A DNA stretch of 64,000 nucleotides from Antedon mediterranea (GCF_964355755.1 NC_092670.1:23112795-23176794); one strand, 5' to 3'. Counted from the first letter of the stretch, positions 1 to 13,135 are shown. A program made the numbers and translations. Notes: generated by a model not told the origin, from the sequence alone.

Positions 1-3000
1 GCCATTTTTAATCCATAGAAAGTTTGCGCATTATATGACTTAAATGTTCACCAAGTTTCAATACAAAACGACCTTTAGTTTTTATTCTATGATCAATCAT
101 TGAAATTCACAAAATCGCGCGTAACTTACGCTGCGCAACTCGAAATTTGAAAAAAAAAGTTTCTTGCACATCTACAGCTACAGGGCAATCTTTTGACAAA
201 GTTATACAATCATATGTTGGCCAGAATTAGAGATACGCTGCGCACAAAAAATGGGGGAGAAGGGTGGAAGGAAACAAATAAATACTAGATTTGAACTCGT
301 CACTACGGACGAGTTAGGTTATCCGCGGCGCAAAAGCCACGCGCATGACACCTAAGTTAGAATATTGCGCGCAGAAAAACGATTATACCATTGAAAAAAT
401 GTTAGTGAGCCCTCTATTTTGCGTCGCGTCTAAGTGTGCACGGTATACACTATATACTGTATACGTACTACATAAAGTGCAGAATAGGTGAAAATAAGTG
501 ACCAAAGTTGTTGACGATTTTGCAAATGATGACGTTATAACAGTCTTAAAAATTGTTAACCATGCGAAAGATAATTGATTGACCTAGACAATATAAAAAA
601 ATTGAGGGAAATGGAATACGGATAAGTAGAGATGCGCTCTATTAAATGTGACCAGCTATGACGAAAGAGAAAAAACTCCTATATTTTATATTCGAGTGGC
701 CATACGATGACGTCATAATGCTTGGTTAGCCATATTAATGCATGATTCGATAAAAACAACTCATCTACTTCCAGAATATGTAATTTAAAAAAAGTTCACC
801 GCGTAGTTTAGAATTTATGACTGTTTAAAAAAAGGCATAATTTTGACGAATTTCTGAACTTTTTTTTAAAAATGCGCGCAAATTGTCAAATTCTAAGTGC
901 TCGTATGAGGTGATATTAAGTCGAAATTGTATAAAAATTGGTAAAATTACTAGAAAATACTGGAAAAACAAAAATCAAGCAAAAAAAAATTGTTTTTGCG
1001 CTACGTGCGCACGCGCGCGTAAAAAAAGTGCGCATGCCTGGCAATTTTTGAAATGCTCAAAATGACATGAAACGCGTAGAAAGTTGATTAGAAGTTGATT
1101 TTTTGCATTTTGAAATTTTAAACGTGCGTGCGCACGTAACTTTTAGCGCAATCTGCCATTTTTAATCCATAGAAAGTTTGCGCTTGATATGACTTAAATT
1201 TTCACCAAGTTTCAATACAAAATGACTTTTGGTTTTTAATCTATGATCAATCATTGAAATTCATAAAATTGCGCGTAACTTACGCTGCGCGACTCCAAAT
1301 TCATAAAAAAAAGTTTCTTGCACATCTACAGCAACAGGGCAATCTTTTGCCAAAGTTATACAATCATATGTTGGCCAGAATTAGAGATAGGCTGCGAACA
1401 AAATTCGTGGAAAGAAAGAAGAATAAAGAAAAAAAAAAAAAAAAAAAAAAAGATCCTTACAATAACAAGGGGTTATCCGCCAAGTGCGGATAACCAACTA
1501 GATTTGAACTCGTCACTTTGACGAGTTCGGGTTATCCGCGCAAAGGCAACATGCACATACTTTAAACTATATGAACTTCGACAAATATTATGCCATCCTA
1601 TGACATGAATTAAACGTGTTTACAGTGCTGAATTGTACCTATTATGTAGCATACAGCATGTTATAGAATACACTGTTATATGTTATATACAGTGTAGTAT
1701 AGAGGAAATTACAAGACCATCTTTTAAATCCAATTATTAACACGATGATGTCATCAAATTGACATATAAAGATAACTATTTTAGAAGATAATTATCTAAA
1801 TAATTACATTAATACAAATTTGAAGAATTTTGGGCACGTAAAAGTGACATGCGCTCTCGTTTAAACGCAATGAACTTTTACGCAAAGGATGAAAATACGA
1901 CTTTTTTTATTCAACTGGCCATATGATGACGTCACAACATCTGGTTGGCAAAATATTTACATGAATTCGTATCTACAATTCAATGACTTCCAGAAAACGT
2001 TTAAATCATGATTATCACTTTTTATTCTGACGAGATATAACAGATTAAAATTTACTGTAAAGATGAAAATAAGTGACCCACGTTGTTTACATTTTTAGAC
2101 ATGATGAGGTCATAAAAATTTAAATATTTTAACTCCTACGAAAGATAGTTGATTGACGTAGACAATATTGAAATCTCGGGGGAAATGGAATACGCATAAG
2201 CGAGATGCGCTCTGTTGAATGTGATGAGCAATAACGAAAGAGACAAAAATCCTATATTTTATATTCGAGTGGCCATACGATGACGTCACAATATCCGGTT
2301 AGCCATATTAATGCATGATTTGATATCTGCAACTCATCTACTACCAGAATATGTAATTATAAAAAAGTTCACCACGTAGTTTAGAATCTATGACTGTTTA
2401 AAAAAAGGCATAATTTTGACAAATTTTTGAACTTTTTCATCAAAATTGCGTGCAAATTGTTTAATTCTACGTCCTCGTATGACGTGATTTTAGGTCGGAA
2501 TTGATAGAAAATTGGTAAATTTACTAGAAAAGGCTGAAAAAACAAAAATCAAGCAAAAAAAAGATTTTTTTTCGCTACGTGCGCACGCGCGCATAAAAAA
2601 ATTGCGCACGCGTGGGAATTTTTGAAATGCTCAAAATGACATGAAACGCGTAGAAAGTTGATTAGAAGTTGATTATTCGCATTTTGAAATTTTGAACGCG
2701 CGTGCACGCGTAACTTTATGTAAAACATGCCATTTTTAATCCACAGAAAGTTTGCGCATGATATAACTTAAATTTTCACAAAGTTTCAATACAAAATGAC
2801 TTTTGGTTTTTAATCTATGATCAATCATTGAAATTCATAAAATCGCGCGTAACTTACGCTGCGCAACTCAAAATTCATAAAGAAAAGTTTCTTGCACATC
2901 TACAGCTAGAGGGCAATCTTTTGACAAAGTTACACAATTTTATGTTAACCCGAATTAGAGATATGCCACCAACAAAATTCGGGGAAAGAAAGAAGAATAA

Positions 3001-5458
3001 CATAGAAAAAAAAAAAAAAGATCCTGACAATAACAAGGGGTTATCCGCCAAGTGCGGATAACCAACTAGATTTGAACTCGTCACTACGGACGAGTTAGGT
3101 TATCCGCAGTCCTAAAGCCACGTGCACGTCATACGTTGGAATATTGCGCGCAGAAAAACGATTATGCCATTGAAAAAATGTGAGTGCGCTCTCTATTTTG
3201 TGTCACGTCAAAGTGTATACGGTATACACTATATACCGTATACGTACTACATACTGTTCAGAATAGGTGAAAATAAGTGACCAAAGTTATTGACGCTTTT
3301 GGACATGATGACGTCATCACAATTTTTAAAATGGTGAATCGTGCGAAAGATAATTGATAGACCTAGACAATATAAAAAAAATGGGGGGAAATGGAATACA
3401 AATAAGTGAAGATGCGCTATATTAAATGTGACAAGCTACGAGGAAAGAGACAAAAATCCTATATTTTATATTCGAGTGGCCATATGATGACGTCACAATG
3501 TCCGGTTAGCCATATTGATGCATGATTTGATATCTGCAACTCATCTACTACCAGAATATGTAATTATAAAAAAGTTCACCACGTAGTTTAGAATTTATGA
3601 CTGTTTAAAAAAAGGCATAATTTTGACTAATTTTTGAACTTTTTCATCAAAAATGCGCGTAAATTGTTTAATTCTACGTGTTCGTATGACGTGATTTTAA
3701 GTCGAAATTGTTTGAAAGTTGGTAAATTTTCTAAAAAAGACAGGAAAAACAAAAATCAAGCAAAAAAATGATGTTTTTGCGCTACGTGCGCACGTGCGCG
3801 TAAAAAAATTGCGCACGCTTGGGAATTTTTGAAATGCTCAAAATGACATGAAACGCGTAGAAAGTTGATTAGATATTGATTTTTCGCATTTTGAAATTTT
3901 AAACGCGCGTGCGCGCGTAACTTTTTATAAAACATGCCATTTTTAATCCATAGAAAGTTTGCGCATTATATGACTTAAATGTTCACCAAGTTTCAATACA
4001 AAATGAATTTTAGTTTTTAATCTATGATCAATCATTGAAATTCATAAAATCACGCGTAACTTACGCTGCGCAACTCCGAAATTGTCCAAAAGCTTGGCTG
4101 CACATCTACAGCTACAGGTCAATCTTATGACAAAGTTATACAATGTTATATTTGCCAGAATTAGAGATATGCGACCAACAAAATTCGTGGAAAGAAAGAA
4201 GAACAAAGAAAAAGAAAAAGAAAAAAAAAAAAAAAAAAAAAAAGATCCTGACAATAACAAGGGGTTATCCGCCAAGTGCGGATAACCAACTAGATTTGAA
4301 CTCGTCACTACGGACGAGTTAGGTTATCCGCAGTCCTAAAGCCACGTGCACGTCATACGTTGGAATATTGCGCGCAGAAAAACGATTATGCCATTGAAAA
4401 AATGTGAGTGCGCTCTCTATTTTGTGTCACGTCAAAGTGTATACGGTATACACTATATACCGTATACGTACTACATACTGTTCAGAATAGGTGAAAATAA
4501 GTGACCAAAGTTATTGACGCTTTTGGACATGATGACGTCATCACAATTTTTAAAATGGTGAATCGTGCGAAAGATAATTGATAGACCTAGACAATATAAA
4601 AAAAATGGGGGGAAATGGAATACAAATAAGTGAAGATGCGCTATATTAAATGTGACAAGCTACGAGGAAAGAGACAAAAATCCTATATTTTATATTCGAG
4701 TGGCCATATGATGACGTCACAATGTCCGGTTAGCCATATTGATGCATGATTTGATATCTGCAACTCATCTACTACCAGAATATGTAATTATAAAAAAGTT
4801 CACCACGTAGTTTAGAATTTATGACTGTTTAAAAAAAGGCATAATTTTGACTAATTTTTGAACTTTTTCATCAAAAATGCGCGTAAATTGTTTAATTCTA
4901 CGTGTTCGTATGACGTGATTTTAAGTCGAAATTGTTTGAAAGTTGGTAAATTTTCTAAAAAAGACAGGAAAAACAAAAATCAAGCAAAAAAATGATGTTT
5001 TTGCGCTACGTGCGCACGTGCGCGTAAAAAAATTGCGCACGCTTGGGAATTTTTGAAATGCTCAAAATGACATGAAACGCGTAGAAAGTTGATTAGATAT
5101 TGATTTTTCGCATTTTGAAATTTTAAACGCGCGTGCGCGCGTAACTTTTTATAAAACATGCCATTTTTAATCCATAGAAAGTTTGCGCATTATATGACTT
5201 AAATGTTCACCAAGTTTCAATACAAAATGAATTTTAGTTTTTAATCTATGATCAATCATTGAAATTCATAAAATCACGCGTAACTTACGCTGCGCAACTC
5301 CGAAATTGTCCAAAAGCTTGGCTGCACATCTACAGCTACAGGTCAATCTTATGACAAAGTTATACAATGTTATATTTGCCAGAATTAGAGATATGCGACC
5401 AACAAAATTCGTGGAAAGAAAGAAGAACAAAGAAAAAGAAAAAGAAAAAAAAAAAAAA
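1..5458. mobile_element. Head-to-tail array of non-autonomous Helentron (HINE/DINE-1-like) units, left block
   Basis: Junction motif CTAGATTTGAACTCGTCACTACGGACGAGTTAGGTTATCCGC starts at 285, 1498 (variant), 3066, 4290 and 5459. Units are 1213, 1568, 1224 and 1169 bp. Units at 285, 1498 and 3066 end in an A-tract, GATCCT[G/T]ACAATAACAAG and the GGTTATCCGC-CAAGT-GCGGATAACC hairpin. The same termini bound the RepHel-coding element. Confidence 0.88.
1498..3065. mobile_element. Long (1568 bp) variant non-autonomous unit
   Basis: Same termini but a variant hairpin (GAACTCGTCA-CTT-TGACGAGTTC) and a different internal segment of ~500 bp (about 1545-2060). Relatives of that segment recur at about 24740-25100 and 48725-48910. 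Confidence 0.8.
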
Positions 5459-5500
5459 CTAGATTTGAACTCGTCACTACGGACGAGTTAGGTTATCCGC
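5459..5500 (-). other. Hairpin-CTAG terminus (3' end in Helitron/DINE-1 convention, minus strand)
   Basis: Minus strand reads GCGGATAACC (subTIR), T, AACTCGTC-CGTAGT-GACGAGTT (8-bp stem), CAAATCTAG. This matches a Helitron-type hairpin followed by CTRR. Confidence 0.85.
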
Positions 5501-5769
5501 GAAAACGCAACGTCTAATAATATACACGTAGAATACATATAATAGGTCTGACGTGAAAACTAATTTTCGTTATTCGTTAAATATTGGTAATTTTGGCGAG
5601 GATTGCATGCCATACTGTAGGTGAACCGAATTTCGAGAAAATTCGACAACGTGTTGTGTTGTGGTATGTCGTTGGTAAACTCCATGTTGGTTTTTAAGAG
5701 TCGCTCTCTGATAATTGTTACAAATACCATTTTATATCGTCGAACTTCAACGATTAAATAAATAAATAA

Positions 5770-6411
5770 CAAACTCAAGTTTGTTGAGAATTGATATACT
5801 ATAAGAAATAGGTAAGAAATTATGTGGATTGTTTGATTTGTAGTTGTTTTGTAATTGCTACTTACTAACGATACCCTAGCCTACTATAGATATAGGGAAG
5901 GATGTCAGACTTTCAGAGACGGCCGGCAAACGTCGTGACGTTTTTCAGCCCGATGGCTTTCGTAGCAGCACGACAATCGTGTATGGCCATGTGTATGTTA
6001 AATACGGTCCCGGTAAATACGAACAAATATGTCTGCTACATTCATAGTGTACCTAGGCCTAGCCTGTACAAGAATACTTGCTGTTTTTAGTAGGACTAAA
6101 CGGCGCTAGTTCCCTTTTGCACCTGGCTTATATTATATTAACTCTAGCTTAATTTTTAGTTGTATAAATTCTTAAAGAGAAGAAACAATGACTCGTTCTT
6201 CTTACAATAGCATGTTGTCTAGGCTTACTCCAGTAGTCCTAGTAGTAGTGACGTAGGTCAGCGCAGTTCCCTTTCGCACCTGTCATTGTTACAAATATTG
6301 TGGATGTTTTGATCACAATTTGTATTGATATTTATAATAATAATATATTTTTGTCTTGTAGCTGTTGGAAGAGATACACAATTGTTTCTACTTTAGTATC
6401 TCTAGAATATT
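5770..6411 (+). other. Putative non-coding leader exons 1-2 of the RepHel transcript
   Basis: Donor AG|GTAAGA at 5811/5812. Exon 6362-6411 is bounded by TTGTCTTGTAG and GTAAGT. The same signals are kept at 49261 and 49870-49939 although the surrounding sequence has diverged. The transcription start is not determined. Confidence 0.55.
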
Positions 6412-6474
6412 GTAAGTAGTGTATATTAAATAAATAGTTTGTAGAGATGATTAATGGTTTCATGATTGGGAGTG

Positions 6475-9400
6475 AACTGTTGCCTGTTATTTTGTAGGCA
6501 TTTTCTATTATGAAACATTTACATAATTCAGATTTTATTGTTTGTGAATAAAATAAGTTATTTTGAGGAAATTTCTTAATTTTTCAGACATTGATTAAGA
6601 AGCTTGTTGATTTGGAAAAAGTGTTAATGTTGTTTATCGCCATTATCAATGTTTTTCCTTGTTTTTTTTAGATTGTAGAAAATTAACTGTTTCAGCTACA
6701 GCTGTGAGTATTAGTAGATTATCTGTTAAATGGAGAAAACATATTTTCCTTATTTTGTGAACTGTTGCTTGCCCTAATCAGCCGGCCCATACCCAAAGTC
6801 ATTTTGAGGAAATTTCCTAATTTTTCAGACATTAATTAAGAAGCATGTTGATTTGGAAAAAGGGTTAATGTTGTTTATTGCCATTATCAATGTTTTCCTT
6901 GTTGTTTTTAGATTGTAGAAAATATACAGTGTTAGCTACAGCTGTGAGTAGTAGATTATCTGTTAAATGGAGAAAACATATTTTCCTTACTTTGTGAACA
7001 GTTGCCTGTTATTTTGTAGGCATTTTTTATTATGAAACATTTACAGCATTCAGATTTTATGGTTTGTGAATAAAATAATAAATGAAATTAGCATTGAGAC
7101 AACATGTAGGCCGTAACCAGCTGTCTCATACCCAAAGTCATTTTGAGGAATTTCTTAATTTTTCAGACCTCGATTAAGAAGCATGTTGATTTGGAAAAAG
7201 TGTTAATGTTGTTTATTGCCATTATCAATGTTTTTCCTTGTTTTTTTTAGATTGTAGAAAATTAACAGTTTCAGCTACAGCTGTGAGTATTAGTAGATTA
7301 TCTGTTAAACGGAGAAAACATATTTTCCTTACTTTGTGAACTGTTGCCTGTTATTTTGTAGGCATTTTATATTATGAAACATTTACATAATTCAGATTTT
7401 TTGGTTTGTGAATAAGATATTAAATGAAATTAGTATTGAGACAACATGTAGACCCCAATCAGCCGGCCCATACCCAAAGTTATTTTGAGAAAATTTCTTA
7501 ATTTTTCAGACATTGATTAAGAAGCATGTTGATTTAGCAAAAGGGTTAATGTTGTTTATTGCCATTATCAATGTTTTTTCTTGTTGTTCTTAGATTATAG
7601 AAAATATACAGTGTTAGCTATAGCTGTGAGTATCAGTAGATTATCTGTTAAACAGAGAAAACATATTTTCCTTACTTTGTGAACAGTTGCCTGTTATTTT
7701 GTAGGCATTTTCTATTATGAAACATTTACAGCATTCAGATTTTATGGTTTGTGAATAAAATATTAAATGAAATTAGCATTGAGAAAACATGTAGGCCCTA
7801 ACCAGCTGTCTCATACCCAAAGTCATTTTGAGGAATTTCTAAATTTTTCAGACCTCGATTAAGAAGCATGTTGATTTGGAAAAAGTGTTAATGTTGTTTA
7901 TTGCCAATTATTAATGTTTTTCCTTGTTTTTTTTTTAGATTGTAGAAAATATACAGTGTCAGCTACAGCTGTGAGTATTAGTAGATTATCTGCTAAACAG
8001 AGAAAACATATTTTCCTTACTTTGTGAACTGTTGCCTGTTATTTTGTAGGCATTTTCTATTATGAAACATTTACATCATTCAGATTTTATGGTTTGTGAA
8101 TAAAATTTAAATGAAATTAGCATTGAGACAACATGTAGGCCCCAAATTAGCCGACCCATACCCAAAGTCATTTTGAAGAAATTTCTTAATTTTTCAGACA
8201 TTAATTAAGAAGCTTGTTGATTTGGAAAAAGTGTTAATGTTGTTTATTGCCATTATCAATGTTTTTCCTTGTTTTTTTTTAGATTGTAGAAAATATACAG
8301 TTTCAGCTATAGCTGTGAGTATCAGTAGATTATCTGTTAAACGGAGAAAACATATTTTCCTTACTTTGTAAACTGTTGCCTGTTATTTTGTAGACATTTT
8401 CTATTATGAAACATTTACGTAATGCAGATTTTATTGTTTGTGATCAAACAATTAAATGAAATTAGCATTGAGACAACATGTAGGCCGTAACCAGCTGTCT
8501 CATACCCAAAGTCATTTTGAGGAATTTCTTAATTTTTCAGACCTCGATTAAGAAGCATGTTGATTTGGAAAAAGTGTTAATGTTGTTTATTGCCATTATC
8601 AATGTTTTTCCTTGTTTTTTTTAGATTGTAGAAAATTAACAGTTTCAGCTACAGCTGTGAGTATTAGTAGATTATCTGTTAAACGGAGAAAACATATTTT
8701 CCTTACTTTGTGAACTGTTGCCTGTTATTTTGTAGGCATTTTATATTATGAAACATTTACATAATTCAGATTTTATGGTTTGTGAATAAGATATTAAATG
8801 AAATTAGTATTGAGACAACATGTAGACCCCAATCAGCCGGCCCATACCCAAAGTTATTTTGAGAAAATTTCTTAATTTTTCAGACATTGATTAAGAAGCA
8901 TGTTGATTTAGCAAAAGGGTTAATGTTGTTTATTGCCATTATCAATGTTTTTTCTTGTTGTTCTTAGATTATAGAAAATATACAGTGTTAGCTATAGCTG
9001 TGAGTATCAGTAGATTATCTGTTAAACAGAGAAAACATATTTTCCTTACTTTGTGAACAGTTGCCTGTTATTTTGTAGGCATTTTCTATTATGAAACATT
9101 TACAGCATTCAGATTTTATGGTTTGTGAATAAAATATTAAATGAAATTAGCATTGAGAAAACATGTAGGCCCTAACCAGCTGTCTCATACCCAAAGTCAT
9201 TTTGAGGAATTTCTAAATTTTTCAGACCTCGATTAAGAAGCATGTTGATTTGGAAAAAGTGTTAATGTTGTTTATTGCCAATTATTAATGTTTTTCCTTG
9301 TTTTTTTTTTAGATTGTAGAAAATATACAGTTTCAGCTATAGCTGTGAGTATCAGTAGATTATCTGTTAAACGGAGAAAACATATTTTCCTTACTTTGTA

Positions 9401-11480
9401 AACTGTTGCCTGTTATTTTGTAGACATTTTCTATTATGAAACATTTACGTAATGCAGATTTTATTGTTTGTGATCAAACAATTAAATGAAATTAGCATTG
9501 AGACAACATGTAGGCCGTAACCAGCTGTCTCATACCCAAAGTCATTTTGAGGAAATTTCCTAATTTTTCAGACATTGATTAAGAAGCATGTTGATTTGGA
9601 AAAAGTGTTAATGTTGTTTATTGCCATTATTAATGTTTTTCCTTGTTTTTTTTTAGATTGTAGAAAATTAACAGTTTCAGCTACAGCTGTGAGTATTAGT
9701 AGATTATCTGTTAAACGGAGAAAACATATTTTCCTTACTTTGTGAACTGTTGCCTGTTATTTTGTAGGCATTTTATATTATGAAACATTTAAATAATTTA
9801 GATTTTATGGTTTGTGAATACGATATTAAATGAAAGTAGTATTGAGACAACATGTAGACCCTAACCAGCCGTCCCATACCTAAAGTCATTTTAAGGAAAT
9901 TTCTTAATTTTTCAGACCTCGATTAAGAAGCATGTTGATTTGGAAAAAGTGTTAATGTTGTTTATTGCCAATTATTGATGTTTTTTCTTGTTTTGTTTTT
10001 TTAGATTGTAGAAAATATACAGTGTCAGCTACAGCTGTGAGTATTAGTAGATTATCTGTTAAACGGAGAAAACATATTTTCTTTACTTTGTGAACTGTTG
10101 CCTGTTATTTTGTAGGCATTTTATATTATGAAACATTTACATAATTCAGATTTTATGGTTTTTGAATAAGATATTAAATGAAAGTAGTTTTGAGACAACA
10201 TGTAGACCCCAATCAGCCGGCCCATACCCAAAGTTATTTTGAGGAAATTTCTTAATTTTTCAGACATTGATTAAGAAGCATGTTGATTTAACAAAAGGGT
10301 TAATGTTGTTTTTTTGCCATTATAAATGTTTTTCCTTGTTGTTTTTAGATTGTAGAAAATATACAGTGTTAGCTACAGCTGTGAGTATTAGTAGATTATC
10401 TGTTAAACGGAGAAAACATATTTTCCTTACTTTGTGAACAGTTGCCTGTTATTTTGTAGGCATTTTCTATTATGTAACATTTACATCATTCAGATTTTAT
10501 GGTTTGTGAATAAAATATTAAATGAAACTAGCATTGAGACAACATGTAGGCCCTAACCAGCCGTCCCATACCTAAAGTCATTTTAAGGAAATTTCTTAAT
10601 TTTTCAGACCTCGATTAAGAAGCATGTTGATTTGGAAAAAGTGTTAATGTTGTTTATTGCCAATTATTGATGTTTTTCCTTGTTTTGTTTTTTTAGATTG
10701 TAGAAAATATACAGTGTTAGCTACAGCTGTGAGTATTAGTAGATTATCTGTTAAACGGAGAAAACATATTTTCTTTACTTTGTGAACCGTTGCCTGTTAT
10801 TTTGTAGGCATTTTCTATTATGTAACATTTACATCATTCAGATTTTATGGTTTGTGAATAAAATATTAAATGAAATTAGCATTAAGACAACATGTTGGCC
10901 TAACCAGCTGTCTCATACCCAAAGTCATTTTGAGGAATTTCTTAATTTTTCAGACATTGATTAAGAAGCATGTTGATTTGGAAAAAGTGTTAATGTTGTT
11001 TATTGCCAATTATTAATGTTTTTCCTTGTTTTTTTTTTTAGATTGTAGAACATATACAGTGTCAGCTACAGCTGTGAGTATTAGTAGATTATCTGTCAAA
11101 CGGATAAAACATATTTTCTTTACTTTGTGAACCGTTGCCTGTTATTTTGTAGGCATGTTCTATTATGAAACATTTACATAATTCAGATTTTATGGTTTGT
11201 GAATAAAATATTAAATGAAATTAGCATTGAGACAACATGTAGGCCCTAACCAGCTGTCTAATACCCAAATTCATTTTGAGAAAATTTCTTAATTTTTCAG
11301 ACATTGATTAAGAAGCATGTTGATTTTGAAAAAGTGTTAATGTTGTTTATTGCCATTATTAATGATTTTCCTTTTATTTTTTAGATTGTAGTTGTACAGA
11401 AAATATACAGTGCCAGTTACAGCTGTGAGTATTAGAAAATTATCTGTAAAACGGAAAAAACATATTTTCCTTACTTTATG
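6475..11480 (+). repeat. Tandem array of ~345-bp repeats (15 units), each with a candidate 32-nt microexon
   Basis: Each unit has a T-rich tract, AG|ATTGTAGAAAATATACAGTGTCAGCTACAGCT|GTGAGT (consensus). First exon 6672-6703, last (40-nt variant) 11385-11424. One ~240-bp deletion unit. Variant units recur at a ~1372-bp period. Confidence 0.9.
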
Positions 11481-12071
11481 CCCTCCAATAATTGATAAAC
11501 ATGTGTTGTTTTTAAATTTACTATACTGAGTGACCAAATATTTTTGTGTATAAAATTCTATTTTATTAGAACATTGAATAATTAAACCTATTTTCAGATT
11601 AATTTTGAAGGTGAAATTGTTATGAAAGAATTTGTTTCCGACACATTCCATGTAATGAAGTTTTGACATATTTTTAGGTCAAAATATCTTCTATAGTGAT
11701 TTATTTATATTGTATAAACCAAAGTCACAAATATATTATCACAATTTACTTCAAAATTTGGGACAATCATCCTTTTTAACATAAATGTGGTGGTCAGTTT
11801 CTCCAGACATAAATTTGCAATTTTATAAAATGGGTCTATCCTGAATTTAGTAATGAGTTGGTCCTAATTTGTTTTGCTAGGCCCAATAGATCATGTTACA
11901 TTCCACAGGGGGGATGTGTATATTATTATTTAGGTATTTGTAAAAACACTGATTTATCTACTGATTCAATTTATAATTGTTTGACTGTAATTCTTAGTAC
12001 TGTACAGTGTATCTTAAAATTAATAACTAACTCTTTTTTTTTTCTTTTATTGTAGGTGACTGTCTTATATA

Positions 12072-12147
12072 AACCCACTGGATCTCAGAAGAGATCCGGG
12101 TCTTTAGAAAAAGATCCACTCTCCAAAGAGAGTTTCTACGAGGGGTT
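12072..12147 (+). other. GC-rich multi-hairpin element just after the last splice acceptor
   Basis: Three abutting tetraloop hairpins: GGATCTC-AGAA-GAGATCC, GGGTCTTT-AGAA-AAAGATCC and ACTCTC-CAAA-GAGAGT, enclosed by AACCC...GGGTT. Follows the branch-like ACTAAC, a T-tract and TAG| at 12055. Confidence 0.6.
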
Positions 12148-12214
12148 ACCGAATTTTAATATTTATGCACAATTTCTTTTTAAACATTTTTTAAAAGTAT
12201 CTTTGAAACATTCA

Positions 12215-12577
12215 GTAAAACCTTGAAGTAAACAGAAGTTTATCACAAGGAAAAACTAATAAACAAAAGTTTATTACAAACCATTTTTGCAAAAGCAAAA
12301 GTGTAAAACCTTGAAGATAACAAAAGTTAATCACAAGGAAACAACTAATAAACAAAAGTTTATTACAAAACCATTTTTGCAAAAGCAAAAGTGTCAAACC
12401 TTGAAGATAACAGAAGTTAATCACAAGGAAACAACTAATAAACAAAAGTTTATTACAAAACCATTTTTGCAAAAGCAAAAGTGTAAAACCTTGAAGATAA
12501 CAGAAGTTAATCACAAGGAAACAACTAATAAACAAAAGTTTATTACAAAACCATTTTTGCAAAAGCAAAAGTGTAAA
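12215..12577 (+). repeat. 90-bp tandem repeat, ~4 units, in the RepHel leader
   Basis: Unit GTAAAACCTTGAAGATAACAGAAGTTAATCACAAGGAAACAACTAATAAACAAAAGTTTATTACAAAACCATTTTTGCAAAAGCAAAAGT. Confidence 0.9.
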
Positions 12578-13135
12578 GTTAAAGTTTGATTATACAAACA
12601 AAAGTTTGAAGAATAAAACAGAAGCTTATTATAAAGAAATAAATATTAAACAGAGTTTATTACAAAAGAATTAATTAAAGAAGATTTAAAGATCACTTTT
12701 ATTTGAATCTGTTATTAAGTAGAATTGTAAAAAGAATAAAAATTAGAATCTGAAACTATTTAGCACAACCAAGTATTAAAGAGAAGTTTAAAATAATATT
12801 TATAATAATATTAAATAGTATTTCATTAAGCCAATATTAAGCAGAAGCTAATTTTTTTATTCAGTGAAATTGTATAATTGAACTATTGAAAAAAAAGCAG
12901 ACAAAAAAAAAATATATTAAAAGAAAAAAAATTAGGACAAAAATTAAAAATCATAGAAACAAAAGACAATATATAATTGAAGTGTTTTTGGAATTTTAAT
13001 AATTTATTTTGTTTTAGCAAGGATTTCTTGAATTGATAAAAAGAACTTAATTGTAATATTCATTGGAATTGCAGAATACAAAGTTTATTAATTTGAAGAA
13101 ATTTGTAGGTTTGTTTCTTATACAAATTTTGAATA

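Noticed and set aside
883-5491. Short ORFs in the array units (MKFIK.., MSKSLAAH.., MTSSNLVGY..)
   Set aside because: Non-ATG starts, poly-Lys/Phe from A-tracts, and frames not conserved among units.
6475-11480. Microexons as a repetitive coding region, or the unit as a C/D snoRNA cluster
   Set aside because: 32-nt exons shift frame and hit TAG when joined; no RTGATGA/CTGA box pair was seen.
12072-12147. tRNA or hammerhead ribozyme
   Set aside because: Tetraloops only, no T-loop or anticodon geometry, and no CUGANGA/GAAA core.
12056-12226. Open frame after the last acceptor (VTVLYKPTGS..)
   Set aside because: No ATG, and a 2-nt deletion in copy 2 breaks the frame.
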